Shown here: one piece after another, positions 25,270 through 39,288 of the stretch
How positions within the stretch are numbered: the first letter of the stretch is position 1
How the letters are laid out: every line of letters starts with the position of its first letter
Source of the DNA: Octopus vulgaris
Taxonomy: Eukaryota
Length of the DNA stretch: 64,000 nt
Direction of reading: 5' to 3'
NCBI GenBank assembly: GCA_951406725.2
Contig: OX597819.1
Coordinates: forward strand, 127,286,001-127,350,000
Translations under genes and position numbers: made by a program
The notes under the pieces: model-generated
Database searches by the model: none
What the model was told of the DNA's origin: nothing
The model's input: the letters and a program-made list of their open reading frames with translations, nothing else

Positions 25270-25678
25270 CACTCTCTTTTACTCTCTTTTACTTGTTTCA
25301 GTCATTTGACTGCGGTCATGCTGGAGCACTGCCTTTAGTCGAGCAAATCGACCCCAGGACTTATTCTTTGTAAACCTAGTACTTATTCTATCTGTCTCTT
25401 TGCCGAATCACTAAGTTACGGGGACGTAAACACACCAGCATCGGTTATCAAGCGATATTGGGGGGACAAACACAGATACACAAACATATACACACACACA
25501 TATATATATATACATATATACGACGGACTTCTTTCAGTTTCCTCTACCAGATCCACTCACAAGGCTTTGGTCGGCCCGAGGCTATAGAAGAAGGCATTTG
25601 CCCAAGGTGCCACGCAGTGGGACTGAACCCGGAACCAAGTGGCTGGTAAGCAAGCTACTTACCACACAGCCACTCCTG
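25270..25678 (-). mobile_element. SINE family B
   Basis: Full-length consensus match. Confidence 0.9.
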
Positions 25679-26227
25679 TCAACATTTTCCTGGTACTTTT
25701 ATAATTATGCTATCTACTAAAGTTATTGAGTAGTACTTCAGTTTAATGTTAGTTGTTTTTAATCCATAAATTGACATAATAAATATTGATGCGTGTTTGT
25801 GTACGTACGTGTGCGTGTGCGCTAGTTCGTTTGTGTGTGGTTGTGTATGCGCGTGTATATTTATATACAAACATATGTACTGTTGTATGCATTTTTGAAA
25901 TTGGCTTCATTTTCTCGCGCTTTGTATCACGTGATAGTTCAACCGTGTCCTGGAAAATCACATGGTGAGAAACTCGACACACTAGCTTGGCTGCTGCGTG
26001 GTTATGAGGTTCGTTTTGCAATCACATGGTTTCGAGTTCTTTCCCACTGTGTTGCACATTCGGGAACTGCCTTCTACTGCATTTCCGGAGCGACTTATGA
26101 GGGAATCTGTTTGATGTGATTGATGGAGACTGTGTGGAAGCCCGTCTTTATTGCATAGTTATTGCAGCCGGCATTTCACATCTGGTTATTCGAATTGCAT
26201 GTTCCCGGTCATCAGACAGTATACGAA

Positions 26228-26458
26228 GGCGGCGAGCTGGCAGAACCGTTAACACGCCGGGCGAAATGCGTAGCCGTATTTCGTCTGCCGCTAGGTTCTG
26301 AGTTAAAATCCCGCCGAGGTCGATTTTGCCTTTCATTCTTTCGGAGTCGATTAAATAAGTACCAGTTATGCACTGGGGTCGATATAATCGACTTAATCCG
26401 TTTGTCTGTCCTTGTTTGTCCTCTCTGTGTTTAGCTCCTTGTGGGTAGTAAAGAAATA
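26228..26458 (+). mobile_element. SINE family A monomer
   Basis: Consensus match; TSD AGTATACGA. Confidence 0.9.
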
Positions 26459-27040
26459 AGTATACGAGGTTCCGGAAATGTGAAATTCGAACATCGAAAT
26501 ACGGAGTAGCAGTTGCCATAAGCAAAAGCATCTCGAAGCCTTGGTACTTACTTCGGTTTTGTGCTTATCACTTGTACTACATTCACTACAAATACACGCA
26601 CGTACGCACGCACACACACACACGCACACACACAAACACACACACACGCGCACACACACACACACACACAAATACACACACACAAATACACACACAAGCA
26701 CATACTCTCACACTGACACTCATATCCATGTAGTCAGTTCGACAGAAGAATTAAGAGGATCATAAATCAATATAGTATTGAATAATTTTAACAGGTAATG
26801 TTTATTTGTATTCGTGTTGAAGCTGTATGCTCCAATAGGCATCTCTTTAAAGACCGCATATTGAATTTACTTTCCCTGAAGACAGTTGTGTGACTCACAA
26901 TGCGTGCAGAATGGACGGTGCTCTAGATAAATTCCCTCAATAAACTAAAGAGAAGAATTGAAATGACAGGAATACCTTTTTCAAATTCCACCAAGGTCGA
27001 TTTAGCCTTTCATCCTATCGGAGTCGATAAAATAAGTACC

Positions 27041-27254
27041 TATTTCTTTACTACCAACAAGGGGCTGAACACAGAGGGGACAAACAAGGACAGACACACG
27101 GATTAAGTCGATTACATCGACCCCAGTGCGTAGCTGGTACTAAATTTATCGACCCTGAAAGGATGAAAGGCAAAGTCGACCTCGGCGGAATTTGAACTCA
27201 GAACGCAAAGACAGACGAAATACGGCTACGCATTTCGCCCGGCGTGCTAACGTT
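27041..27254 (-). mobile_element. Young SINE family A inserted into an older opposite-strand family-A-related SINE
   Basis: Host sequence ..GATAAAATAAGTAC | TAAGTATCAGTTG.. resumes across the insertion. Confidence 0.8.
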
Positions 27255-28379
27255 TAAGTATCAGTTGGGCACTGGACTTGATGTTATACACTTAAACCTT
27301 TCCCTGAACTTGATGGCCTTGTGTCAAAATTTGACATCGATATTACACAAATACCTCAGAATGTTGCTCAACCGAATCAGTAGTCTAAGATTTTGTATAA
27401 AGGTCCGTTTTGCATTCCAAAAAATAAAAAAATACTGTAGTCATGTAATTGAATTTGTGGAGACTTAGTATGGGCCTCACCCTAATGACTGAAATCAGTC
27501 ATAAAAGAATAAAAAGATTTCGGAATATCTTCCGATGATTTATGATTGGTGTTTCAAAGTATTTTCACTTTTAAAAGACTCTTTCGATACAAGGACCATA
27601 TCAGAATAAATATTTCTGACAGAACCCGAGGGCCACAAATGCTGGAGTTGGGAACGGCCGCTTCATTTAACCCTAATATTTTACTGGTATTTATTTTATC
27701 GCTCATCTCTTCATTGGGAATGATAATTGGAGAGATCGAAATTGGAACGGAAAGGGAAGTAAAGAGAAAGTATTTTGGTCGACGCTCCATGAAATAAAGC
27801 AACTTTATTGTTCTTCCCAATAAACTCTGTGTTGTACCTATTTTGTCCCGTTTCTTTCACTAGTTGTTTGCAAGAAGACTAAATTCTGTATGTAAAAGTT
27901 ACATGCTATTATACTACTAATACTTAATTTATAATTATATAGAATACATGGGGAAGTAAGACAGGACATAGAGAAATAGAATTACATTTATTTCCTATAT
28001 TCCATCCAAATTCATCATTTACGGAAGCTGCTTGTGAGCACCAGTGTCTTTCTATATTCGGATATCTTAGAAGCGTCCGATTATTCTGAAGCTGTAGCTG
28101 GCCGTTGGTTTCTCCCTGATGCACTTTTGAATTAGAGAAAAATACGTTCCTTTACTAAAACAGTAAATCAGTTATTTACAATTTTATATTCTACAGTTAT
28201 CTAACCCGTATAGAGTTGTTTGAATATCTAATCTTCTAGAATAGAATCTTCGCCTTTTCAGATTCAAAAACAAGTGAACCAATTCTGTTTTCTAACAAGT
28301 AACTACAGTATCTATAGCAGTGTATCCTATGAAATCTTAAATCTCTTCGGCTTTTATAGGCTGCTTTTGGGAAAGTATG

Positions 28380-29060
28380 CAAAAGAGTTTGTTGCAACAG
28401 AATCAGGATAAAGACAAGTTCATAATTTACGAACTGGTTGTTACTGCGGCCCTTGGTACAAATTAGTGAAACAGGAATGCTTTACTGATAGGACACAGGA
28501 AGGATGATACATCACCTTTCGCAAACGTTGGCAAGACGATGATACAAATAACTAAATCCGTCATCGGACCAAACTCAACAGGATCAAAGCTGGGAGTCGT
28601 ATCACTAGCTACGTTGTCTTGGCCACTGCCAAAGTATGTTGGATAAGTGAATACCTATTTCTTTACTACCCACAAGGGGCTATAACACAGAGGGGACAAA
28701 AAGGGACAGACAAACAGATTAAGCCGATTATATCGACCCCAATGCGTAACTGGTACTTATTTAATCGACTTCGAAAGGATGAAAGGCAAAGTCGACATCG
28801 GCGGAATTTGAACTCAGAACGTAACGGCAGACGAAATACCGCTAAGCATTTCGCCCGGCGTGCTAACGTTTCTGCCAGATAAGTGAATACCGAAGATGAT
28901 TATGTACTAAGAACTGCAAGAAGGAACTCGTCCAGTGAATGGTCAGGCAACGGTACAAGAATCAATTAAAGTGGACATTGAGAACTTGAATATTGAGATT
29001 ACTTTGTGGGCAGTTGATCCGACTTGTCGTCCGCTCTGGAGGACAATATATCACACTGGA
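28380..29060 (+). pseudogene. Decayed RTE-type LINE 3' fragment interrupted by a SINE
   Basis: After removing the SINE: LGHCQSMLDK*IPKMIMY*ELQEGTRP..RYKNQLK..RPLWRTI, like GHxxRMxxxRxPKxxxYxELxxGxR..RYKDxLK..RxxWR; left boundary uncertain. Confidence 0.6.
28656..28877 (-). mobile_element. SINE family A monomer
   Basis: TSD GATAAGTGAATACC. Confidence 0.9.
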
Positions 29061-29336
29061 CACAATTTCTTTAAAAGTAGCTGAAGTAGAAAACGGGTAG
29101 AAGACTAAGCAATGAAATCGATATGTAATGATGAACCTTAGATATAGCTATACGCTCATTCTCTTGTTTATGTTATCAGTAGCCATTTTAAAACACAAAG
29201 ATAAATCCAATGTCCCTAATGATGATGCTGGTATATTCATGTGTGTGCACGCGTCTGTGTTTTAGTTGTGTGTGAGTGTGAGTGTGCTTGTGTAAATGTA
29301 TATAAATGCAATCATATGTGTATATTTGTGCGTATA

Positions 29337-29498
29337 GGCGCAGGAGTGGCTGTGTGGTAAGTAGCTTGTTTACCAACCACATGGTTCCGGGTTCAGTCCC
29401 ACTGCGTGGCACCTTGGGCAAGTGTTTTCTATTATAGCTTCGGGCCGACCAAAGCCTTGTGAGTGGATTTGGCAGACGGAAACTGAAAGAAGCCCGTC

Positions 29499-29549
<51 letters not shown>

Positions 29550-29550
29550 T

Positions 29551-29581
<31 letters not shown>

Positions 29582-29810
29582 GCGTGTGTGTGTTTGTGTG
29601 TCTGTGTTTGTCCCCCTAGCATTGCTTGACAACCGATGCTGGTGTGTTTATGTCCCCGTTGCTTAGCGGTTCGGCAAAAGAGACCCATAGAATAAGTACT
29701 GGGCTTACAAAAGAATAAGTCCCAGGGTCGAGTTGCTCGATTAAAAAGGCGCTGCTCCAGCATGGCCGCAATCAAATGACTGAAACAAGTAAAAGAGAGT
29801 AAAAGAGAGT
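29337..29810 (+). mobile_element. SINE family B with expanded internal (TA)n
   Basis: Full-length consensus match. Confidence 0.9.
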
Positions 29811-30629
29811 AATAGTGTAAAGTTAATTACAAAAACATATGCTAGTTCGGAGATACCACAATGCCTATGTCTTCATCTATAATACCCAACACCACACACT
29901 ACAAAGATATCACTACATTCAAGTTTGATAAGGTTATATCATTCTATACGGAGTCTGTTGAACGTATAAATGGATCGAGTTTCTGATACCCAATAATGGC
30001 TTTTTTCCGAGAATCTACAAAGCGTTGTTTTATAACATGACTAGAAATCATTCAAATAAAATCCTAGAAAAAAGTAACGTGAGAGGTAAAGTGATAGGTT
30101 AGATGTACAAACATTATTCTATTTAGATAAATCGTAACAGTACTCAAACGATTTCGTCACAGTCCCGTATATCTCTTGTAAGGTATACAAAGTAGCACTT
30201 TGGTGCTTACTATACTGAACAAACCAGTCCAGAAATTCTTTTTAATCAGGGGCAGAGCTTAACATGTTACCTTTATGATTGATCACTTACGACGACATCT
30301 TGAAATGATAACAATAAATACAGACCATCAGTTGTCATTGACACACGTTATTCTGAAGGGAAGTATTTTCGTATTTACGTATGGGTCAATGACTGAACAC
30401 ATAACTATGCATTTGTATGAAATGCATTCCAGATGTTTTGAGTCCTTTTTAGGAGTTATAATTGTTTTCGGTTATTGTAATTTTATTATATCTCTACTAT
30501 TCATCTAATGAGCTGAACTGCAAAATTTTGTTATTCCAGATTGAAGGAGACAGCTGTAACAGCATTTTGAAAACATCCTGGTAAACACTCTTGGTCACAG
30601 CTGTCTAGTTTTCAGAATGCAATCATGAC

Positions 30630-31270
30630 TTGAAGAACATTTGGAAAACTCGTTCTACAATAAAATTTTCTATTAAACTGGGCAAAAAATGTTCATAAAA
30701 CTTATGAAAGGTGCCCGACAGATCAGAAACGTTAGCACTCCGGGCGAAATGCGTAGCCGTATTTCGCCTGCCGTTACGTTCTGAGTTCCAATTCCGTCGA
30801 GGTCGACTTTGCCTTTCATCCTTTCGGGATCAATTCAATAAGTACCAATTACGCACTGGGGTCGATGTAATTAACTTAATCCGTTTGTCTGTCCTTGTTT
30901 GTCCCTTCTGTGTTTAGCCCCTTGTGGGTAGTAAAGAAATAGGATTAACTTGTATAAGGTGAGCACTTGTTTTTCACTGGTACAAGAGGCCAAGCAAAGC
31001 AAATCCACCGGGAAGCCCCATGTTGATCCCATTTTTGTTTTCAATAACACGGTGTCGTCAGCATCCACTGTATTTCCTCTGGCCAGACGGTTAACAAAGA
31101 GTACTTTGTGGAGGTTTTGAGGGAGCTCAGGAAGAGATTTTCTCGCCAAAGGCCTGAGTACCAATACCAGGAGGGTGCACTGGTCTACAATTCTATCCTG
31201 GTAACCAACTACTTGACAGAGACGGCTATCAAAACTGTCACTCGCTCTACCCTACAGTCCAGAACTTAAG
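30630..31270 (+). pseudogene. Decayed mariner transposase interrupted by a SINE A copy (30711-30940)
   Basis: TIKFSIKLGK before the SINE; GQTVNKEYFVEVLRELRKRFSRQRPE, NSILVTNYLTETAIKTV and PYSPEL after it. Confidence 0.8.
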
Positions 31271-31449
31271 TAAATGTCTGTAATGACTCTTACATGGTAT
31301 AATAAAAAAATATATATGGTATGCTATAAACACGCAGATGATATTGTATGTTATATGTATGCATACATATCTACATATATACGTATGTGTGTGTGTACGT
31401 GTATGTGTGTGTATATATCTATGTATGTATATGCATGGTACATACACGT

Positions 31450-31760
31450 GAAGGCGCATGGCTCAGTGGTCAGAGAGTCGAACTTACGACCGTGAGGTTG
31501 TGAGTTCGTTTTCCAGACCGAGCAGCGTGTTGTGTTCTTGAGCAAGACTCTTTCTGTCACGTTGCTCCAGTTTCACTCAGTTGTAGAAATGAGTTGCGAC
31601 GTCCCTCACTGGTGCCAAGCTGTATCGGCCCCTTTGCCTTTCCCTTGGATAACATCAGTGGCATGGAGAGGGAAGGCTGGCATGCATGGGCGACTGCTGG
31701 TCTTCCATAAACAACCTTGCTCAGACTTGGGTAACTTTCTAGGTGCAATCCCACGGTTAT
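31450..31760 (+). mobile_element. tRNA-derived SINE family D (CORE-like)
   Basis: A box TGGCTCAGTGGTCAGAG, B-box-like GAGTTCG, then TGTGTTCTTGAGCAAGAC..CACTCAGTTGTAGAAATGAGT; single copy so ends approximate. Confidence 0.7.
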
Positions 31761-32271
31761 TCGAAGAGGGGTCTCCGACTTACACGCAGATATAGTATAC
31801 AAATTATAATAAATCCACACTATTATATAGACAACATACAATGTGTATGTGTGTGTGTATGGGGCATTTTGGATACCTCTATACATGCAATATAAGAAAT
31901 ATTTTGTTGCGAATTATGATGGTTGCGACTGAACGCAATAATTTCTTAGTCTGATCCTTATTAAAATTTGGATAATTTTTATGCAGAAGTTATTCTATGT
32001 GTATATGTAAGGGATTATGAAATTGTGAGGTGTCCATACATGTATTTAAAAAATAATTATTTACGAGTATATAGGAATGACATAGTGTCAACCGCAAATT
32101 ATAGTGATTCTCGCGAACTCTACTGTTCTCTCATCAGCATTTATAAAATATTGACTTGATCTACATCTCCTCAAAAGCTCTATATTTGGAGGATGGAATA
32201 AAATCAGTGATATTTATATTGATCATGAGTTTGTTAAATATTGATTTCTACATTGTCACAATGTTATATAT

Positions 32272-32607
32272 ACTTACTTGTGCTTGTGGCGACATTCACC
32301 CTGGGCGGGTTGAGTCGGCTTCTTCTACCACCCTCAAGGCATCTCGAAGAAGTTTTGTGGGAATATGTAGAGACATCCTGTTTGCCGCAGATTGTCTGCA
32401 GACGCAGGGACAGAACGACCGAGGAGCCGCCGGTTGCCGAAACAGACACTCCGAGGATTTTCACCAGGTTGTGGCCCTAATACTACTCGATGTCAGACCA
32501 ATCCGCCTTGGGTAGCCCTACCAGGAACCGAAGTTCCCGACGGCATAGCTCTGACACTACCCGTTGCCAGCGTCCCCACCACGATGAGGAGGGGATGGAC
32601 TTTGGGG
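32272..32607 (-). mobile_element. Short non-autonomous bipartite RTE-derived retroelement
   Basis: RTE 5'-UTR-like GAGCTATGCCGTCGGGAAC..CCTGGTAGGGCTACCCAAGGCGG; CAAGTAAGT tail; TSD ACAATGTTATATAT at 32258-32271 and 32608-32621. Confidence 0.75.
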
Positions 32608-32915
32608 ACAATGTTATATATTATGGAATAGCATCAGTAGATTAAATCAACCCAAGTTCTTGGTTGGCACTCATTTTATCGAGCCTCAGAAAGATGCAAA
32701 GCTAAGCTAAGCTAATTCTGAACGTTAAAAAGCGTTGCTAAATTCCATCTCTTGTAGGATCTTCGGCAATTCGATCTCTGCCACCCATCTTCATTGCCAT
32801 ATGAACAAAAACACATAGTCACACTATAGGGAACGGCACAGTCGATCACATCAATCTCGGTGTTTGACTGTTTTTCATTCTAATGAAACCAGAAACATAA
32901 AATATTAAAATATAA

Positions 32916-33330
32916 GGTGGCGAGCTGGCAGAAACGTTAGCACGCCGGGCGAAATGTTTAGCTGTATTTCGTCTGCCATTACATTCTGAGTTCAAATTCC
33001 GACGAGGTCGACTTCGCCTTTCATCCTTTCGGGGTCGATAAATTAAGTACCAGTTTCGCACTAGGGTCGGTGTAATCGACTTAATCTGTTTGTCTGTCCT
33101 TGTTTGGTCCCTCGGTGTTTAGCCCCTTGTGGGTTGTAAAGAAATATGTATTTCGTCAGCCATTACGTTCTGAGTTCAAATTCCGCCGAGGTCGACTTTG
33201 CCTTTCATCCTTTCCGGGTCGATAAATTAAGTACCAGTTACGCACTAGGGTCGGTGTAATCGACTTAATCCGTTTGTCTGTCCTTGTTTGTCCCCTCTGT
33301 GTTTAGCTCCTTGTGGGTAGTAAAGAAATA
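32916..33330 (+). mobile_element. SINE family A dimer
   Basis: Junction at 33146/33147; TSD AGAAACATAAAATATTAAA. Confidence 0.9.
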
Positions 33331-33894
33331 AGAAACATAAAATATTAAACTGCTCCGAGCTGAATTTGAACTTATTGCCATATATTTAAATTTCACACGC
33401 AGAACATTTTGCCCGGTGCTCTACTAACTCTGCCAATCATCTCCCCAGTCCAACCCTGAACTATACACACTGTTCTCCTCTTTTTCTAGTTTTTCTACAG
33501 CTTATTCCAGCTATCACCTTTTTATAGCAGCTAGAAAATGCAGTCAAAAAAATTTATCATTTGTGAACAAGAAATCGATAGTTTCTTTTTTATGATTGAA
33601 TAAACCTGTTACCTAGTTAATTTGAAATATTTCATACCGAATCATATGACATGTCATAAAACCACATGACCCCCCCCTATTTCACCATACCATTCCAGCC
33701 CTACCTCTCATCCCCATATTCTGCTGTTACAGGGGTGACCTAACCTGTTCTCTTTATTACTAAGTTTTCTCTATTCTTTTTCAGTTGGATTAAGCAAATT
33801 TTGTCCAAGTATTTTTAGAATTTGACATTCACATATTTTAGAACCCTGTTTAATGCAGTAATGGTGATATTTTAATTATCAATATATCCTTTCC

Positions 33895-34285
33895 TTTTTC
33901 CTTTTATTTGTTTCAGTAATTTGACTGCGGCCATGCTGGAGCACCGCCTTTAGTCGAGCAAATCGACCCCAGGACTTATTCTTTGTAAGCCTTGTACTTA
34001 TTCTATCGGTCTCCCTTGTCGAACCGCTAAGTGACGGGGACGTAAACACACCAGCATCGGTTATCAAGTAATGTTGGGGGGGACAAACATACACACACAC
34101 ACACACACATATAATACATATATACGACTGGCTTCTTTCAGTTTCCGTCTACCAAATCCACTCACAAGGCTTTGGTCAGCCCGAGGCTATAGTAGAAGAC
34201 ACTTGCTCAAGGTGCCACGCAGTGAGACTGAACCCGGAACCGAGTGGTTCGTAAGGAAGCTACTTACCACACAGCCACTCCTGCT
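33895..34285 (-). mobile_element. SINE family B
   Basis: Full-length consensus match. Confidence 0.9.
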
Positions 34286-34972
34286 CCTATATGTAATGCT
34301 TTTTACTGCGTTTTTTTTTTTTTAGTGCTGAATGTGAAATCTCACGAGTCAGAAGCGGTAAAGAAAATTCTCTTCAGTAAAATTCTGCCCTGGTTGACTT
34401 CATAACAAAATACGATCCAGTAAACGACATTCAATGTCGGGCATGAGTATCAGACAGGCTACGCTACTCAAAAAATCAAGGTAATTTTTCATTAGGCGTG
34501 CTATTCGGAAAGTTCTGCGAGTTTCTCTATGACTGCTCTATGTGGTCACTTGATCTGCGAGAAACAGCAGTCATATATTCTTCAATCACACCCTACTGTC
34601 TTGAGAAAATAGCACATTCGGATAATCGGTTACAATGGTCTTGGGTCCTTTGGGCATAAGGAAAAGACGAGATGGAGCTGGAATACCTTTAATCGTAGAC
34701 TTGCTTCATTATGTCGAGCTGGGACTAAACAATATTAACAAAAACAACACGACTATTCATCAGCCAGCAAAGGGATGCTAGAAACTGCAGCTAAATTTCC
34801 TACAAAACACATTCAACTATTTTACAGAAGTTAAAAATATATCACAAATGTCACCGAGTAATATATGTCCCTCAATATACAGAAAAGTGATATTGCCACC
34901 GTTGAAGCTCTTGTGGCCTTAGATCTAAGCAATCCAGGTCTCACTTGAGACTAATTAACAACGGCAACAACA

Positions 34973-35340
34973 GGAGGCGCAATGGCCCAGTGGTTAGGGC
35001 AGCGGACACGCGGTCGGAGGATCGCTGTTTCGATTCCCAGACCGGGCGTTGTGTGTGTTTATTGAGCGAAAACACCGGAAACTCCACGAGGCTCCGGCAG
35101 GGGGTGTAGGCGACCCCTGTTATACTCTTTTGCCCCAACTTTCTCTCACTCTTTCTTCCTGTTTCTTGTCCCCGACTTACTACGCAACCGCTGAGCCTTG
35201 ATGCGCATTCATTCATCCGTCGATGCTCTCGGTGTCGGGGGTTGACTGGCTTTCTCTTCTGCGGGTCTTACGAATAGCAAAGGAGCACGTTTCGGACTTC
35301 TCCCACTTCAGGGACTAAGACCGCTTCGCTCAACAGCAAC
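34973..35340 (+). mobile_element. SINE family C with a second tail type
   Basis: Family C head; TSD-like CAACGGCAACAACA. Confidence 0.85.
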
Positions 35341-36943
35341 AGCAACGGCAACAACAACATATCCTTATTGTAGCACATATTATATGAGATGATTCTTAGA
35401 CAAATTATTATATTCCTTCAATGGAAATTTTTAAGCATATACTGGTGGTCGTTATCTGTCACTATGCTGCCGGATAATGATCAAATCAAGTTGAAATATA
35501 TCATTCTACAGAAGTCTACTACAATGATCACGCTCAGCAACAACCTGTTTTGTTTTCTTTCAAGCGCATTTATATTTTAATAGATTCGATGTGGAGTATC
35601 GTGCCATTAGTGCCTTTGCGAAAAACCTTTTGCAGTTTAGCACCCTGTATCACTTCTTACATCGGTCAGACCACTCGATCCTCTCTAAGTTTCCGTAGCC
35701 CCCGATATACTCTACCATTGTTTAGTTAAGATCATACTACATATTCAAGCATGTAACAGTTAACAGCAAGTGGTACACAATGCAAGCTGTACGTTTTGCA
35801 CACTCTCCACTATCTTCTTGTTTCCGCATCCGAAGAGACCTGATATTATGAATAAATTGTAAATTTAAACCTGCAAGTAAATTATACTTAAAAATAAACG
35901 CTTGCTATGATTAAAGATTAATTAAGAAGAATTTTAGTAGTGTGTCCTTTGAAATTATAAGTATGGTTGTGAAATTATGGATGACATAGTATGAAACAAA
36001 ACTGCTCAATTCGCTGTGAAATAGAGAAGTATTTTTGTGCAAGGGAAATATAACAACAAAATGAAACTACAAATATTTTGTTGTTTGCTTTCAGGTAAGA
36101 TCTGATTCAGCGCGCCTAGGTTCAAATGTATTAAATCATTGTTATATTGTGTGTGTGTGAGTGTGTATGTATGTGTGTGTGTGTGCATTGTTCGTGCGTG
36201 GCAGGCATTTTTCAGGCAGTGTGTTTCAGGATCATAATGTCCCAATGCATTCTTGTCTCTCTTTTTAAGGCGGCTGAGAGGGTATTTTGAGGGAAAATCG
36301 GTTGTTGTTTCTACCATACCTTGCGACCACATAGAGGGTTCTCGCTAGCTCCAATATTTTGTTACATTGTGGTGTACTGAGTAGTTATTCGCCCAGGAGT
36401 CTGTTGTAAATATGACTAGTTCAAGATATAGAGAACTGTCACACATCCTTTATGAGAATCTTTTCATATACTAATACAGTATTACCTCAAATTCATTTTA
36501 AAATCAATATTCAATTTTCTTTTTTCTTTCGCTGAAATCATTTCCTTCGTTATTAGATTGAACGAAACAGAGCAAAAATTTGGAAGATAATGTGATTTTT
36601 GCAGCACCAAAATTTAAAAAGTATATGAATATTTGATTAAATTTCCAAAATAGAAAATGGAATTTGTTATTTATAAATATTAAATGTGTCGAAATGTACT
36701 TTTGTGTCTTTAAGATAACATGCGGACAAACCCTTTACTTTTTCAGGTCAGATATTTTTATGTGTAGACACAGCAAAGTAAACCACCCGGCAGTTTAACA
36801 GTTCTGTGAATCCCCCATCCTGGGATGCTGTTACTTTACCGACCCCGAAAGAATGACTATCCCAGTACATAAATATCAATAGATATAGAGATGTTCAAGT
36901 AGATAAAGTACTGCAACACAAATTGAAAGGGTTTTAGATAATA

Positions 36944-37581
36944 CTAGCAGTATCGCCCGGCGTTGCTCGGGTTTGTAAGGGAAATAACTATATAAGCATT
37001 TTTAGAGAGTTATAGCCAAAAAATAGCAAAAAATGCATTAAAAATGGAAAAAATATGATGGTAAATTTTTTTTTAAATCGTTGACTCATCGTAGACATTT
37101 TTAGAGAGTTACTTCCCTTATATAATAGCGAAAAAATGCATTAAAATGGAAAAAAAAACGATGGTAAATTTTTTTTTAAATCGTAGACTCATGTAGACGC
37201 TTTCTTAGCCATTTCTGTTTTGGTGTCTTCAAGCCATGAAGTCGTTGTTCTAAAAGAACACTGGTCTCCTTGACAACGCATTACGACGTTGATTTCCTTA
37301 CACTCCCTTCCCCACAGGTGCAGGTGTGAGCGTGGACGCCAACTCCGCCGCCATCGACACACGAAAAATTATGCATTAAAATGGAATAAAAAATGATGTT
37401 AAATTATTTTTAAAATCGTAGACTCATCGTAGACGCGCGCTAATATTCAGACGGGCTCGATATGAATCACGACTATAAGCTACCCGAATTTAGTTAAACT
37501 GTACCGCAAAATGTGGGAGTAGTTAGGAATCTAAATCGAAGGGGACAGACACTCACACAACTACAGTTTTATATATATAGA
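36944..37581 (-). mobile_element. Non-autonomous Helitron with internal repeats
   Basis: - strand 5' TCTATATATATAAAAC; 3' hairpin (+ strand CCCGGCGTTGCTCGGG) then CTAG; three ATGCATTAAAA..TAAATCGT.GACTCAT blocks. Confidence 0.85.
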
Positions 37582-37647
37582 TATACATAGCGCAGTAGTG
37601 GTGAGATATGACAGCAAAGAAAAGCATACATTCACTCTCTGCATGCA

Positions 37648-37954
37648 ATTAGACTCGGAAAATTCGTGAGGAACCCATTGACCCAATTTGCTGACTTTTC
37701 CGATAGCACACAGGTCTCAATGAATGGTTGAATGACCAAATCCAAGCTTCTCTGCTAGTTCCTCAACAGTTACGATGATATTTTGTTCCACCAGGGTTTT
37801 CAGGATGTCCTTGTCGAGTTCTACAGATCTTTCAGGATGAGGCTCGTCTTCTAGGCTGTAGTTTATGGCTCAGGATTTCTGGAACCACCATTGACACTGC
37901 CTTACGCTTATTGTCCAATCCCCATATACTGCATTAATATTTCTTGTACTTTGC
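37648..37954 (-). pseudogene. Mariner transposase N-terminal fragment
   Basis: RNINAVYGD..CQWWFQKS*AINYSLEDEPHPERS..TVEELAEKLGFGHSTIH*DLCAIGKVSKLGQWVPHEF (WVPHEL motif), with stops. Confidence 0.9.
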
Positions 37955-38469
37955 ACACATTTATATTCTGTTATTCTTTTATATGTTTCAGCCTTGAGGT
38001 TGTGGCCATGCTGGATCATGTGTGTGTGTGTGTGTGTCTATCTGTCTGTCTGTCTGTATGTATATATGTATATGTATGTGTGTGAACAATAATATTTTCA
38101 ACAGATGTGTTGCAAATGTATCTGATTGTTCTCAAGCTTCAATACTGTGTGTGTGTGTATGTGTGTGTGTGTATGTATGCATGTATATGTATGTATGTGT
38201 GTGTGTATGTATGTGTGTGTGTATGTGTGTGTATGTATGTATGTATGTATGTATGTATGTATGTATGTATGTATGTATGTATGTATGTATGTATGTATGA
38301 GTGTATGTTTACTTTATTACTAATTACTCTCTTCCAAGAACATTTTCACTCACTCTTAGCTCTTAGCTTCCCATACATTTTACTCATGTATCTATCATCG
38401 TCATAGACAGAATACTTTCACTTTAGTCTTCCTCAAATCACTCTGTCCGCTATTTACTTTCATTTTATT

Positions 38470-38724
38470 CGTTGCCCACTGTGTGTGTGCGTTTGCGTGT
38501 GGTGTAAACCAGACTAAGAAAAGCATTTGACACACACACCAGAATGTGAGTTTTCTGTAAATTTTGCTTAATTGGAGTTTAAATTCTAAAAACTGGACCT
38601 GGCATGACGCGATGCATTGTACTCTTAAAAATGCCAGGTAAATTGTAATTGAAGAAATCCTATATTGTAGATTTGTATAACTCCCAAAGGGAGGCAGATA
38701 AAATCTGCCTTTTATAATAAGAGA
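38470..38724 (-). mobile_element. 5' part of another Helitron-like element directly abutting the next Helitron
   Basis: - strand start TCTCTTATTATAAAAGGCAG; no 3' end seen. Confidence 0.5.
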
Positions 38725-39083
38725 CTAGCAGTATGACCCGGCAACGCTGGGTCATAGTGCTAGTGCATGCATATACAGCTGCGTGCGCACATACACGCGA
38801 GTACTGTCCAAATCTCCGACCAATCACATACAGCTAGCTGGCATTCAATTGGCGTATCAAGTTTCGGGCATTTTGATTTGGGTTTTGGATAGAAAATTCA
38901 CAAAAAAAAAAATCACTTCTATTGATTTTTTAAATAGCTTTGCGGGGTGAAATGTAAAGATGTGCACGACCACCCTTGGACGGTTTTGCATGACCATAGA
39001 AAGTGTGAGCCCTCTAACTGAAAAATTGTGGATTTGTATAAAGGACACACAGACAGACATTTTGCCATTTATATATAGAGAGA
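38725..39083 (-). mobile_element. Non-autonomous Helitron, same family as 18040-18415
   Basis: Reverse-complement match over the full length; TC start and hairpin-CTAG end. Confidence 0.9.
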
Positions 39084-39288
39084 TTTACTGCAAATATTTC
39101 GCTTGGACATTTTACCAAAAATATGAGCTACGTTAGGGCTTCTACACAGTCGAAAGGCTAACAAGAAATAGCTGTCGAATGTCTCTCAAATCATCATGCG
39201 ACACTACCATACAAAAATATGCAATCATTGGGAGGAATGAGTTCTTTATATATTGTGCACACAAAGAAAGACGGAGCTGTTATTTATA

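Noticed and set aside
35280-35320. CTGAAG..GGA(gaag)TCC-GAAAC on the - strand of a SINE C tail
   Set aside because: Core incomplete; stems I and III cannot be closed
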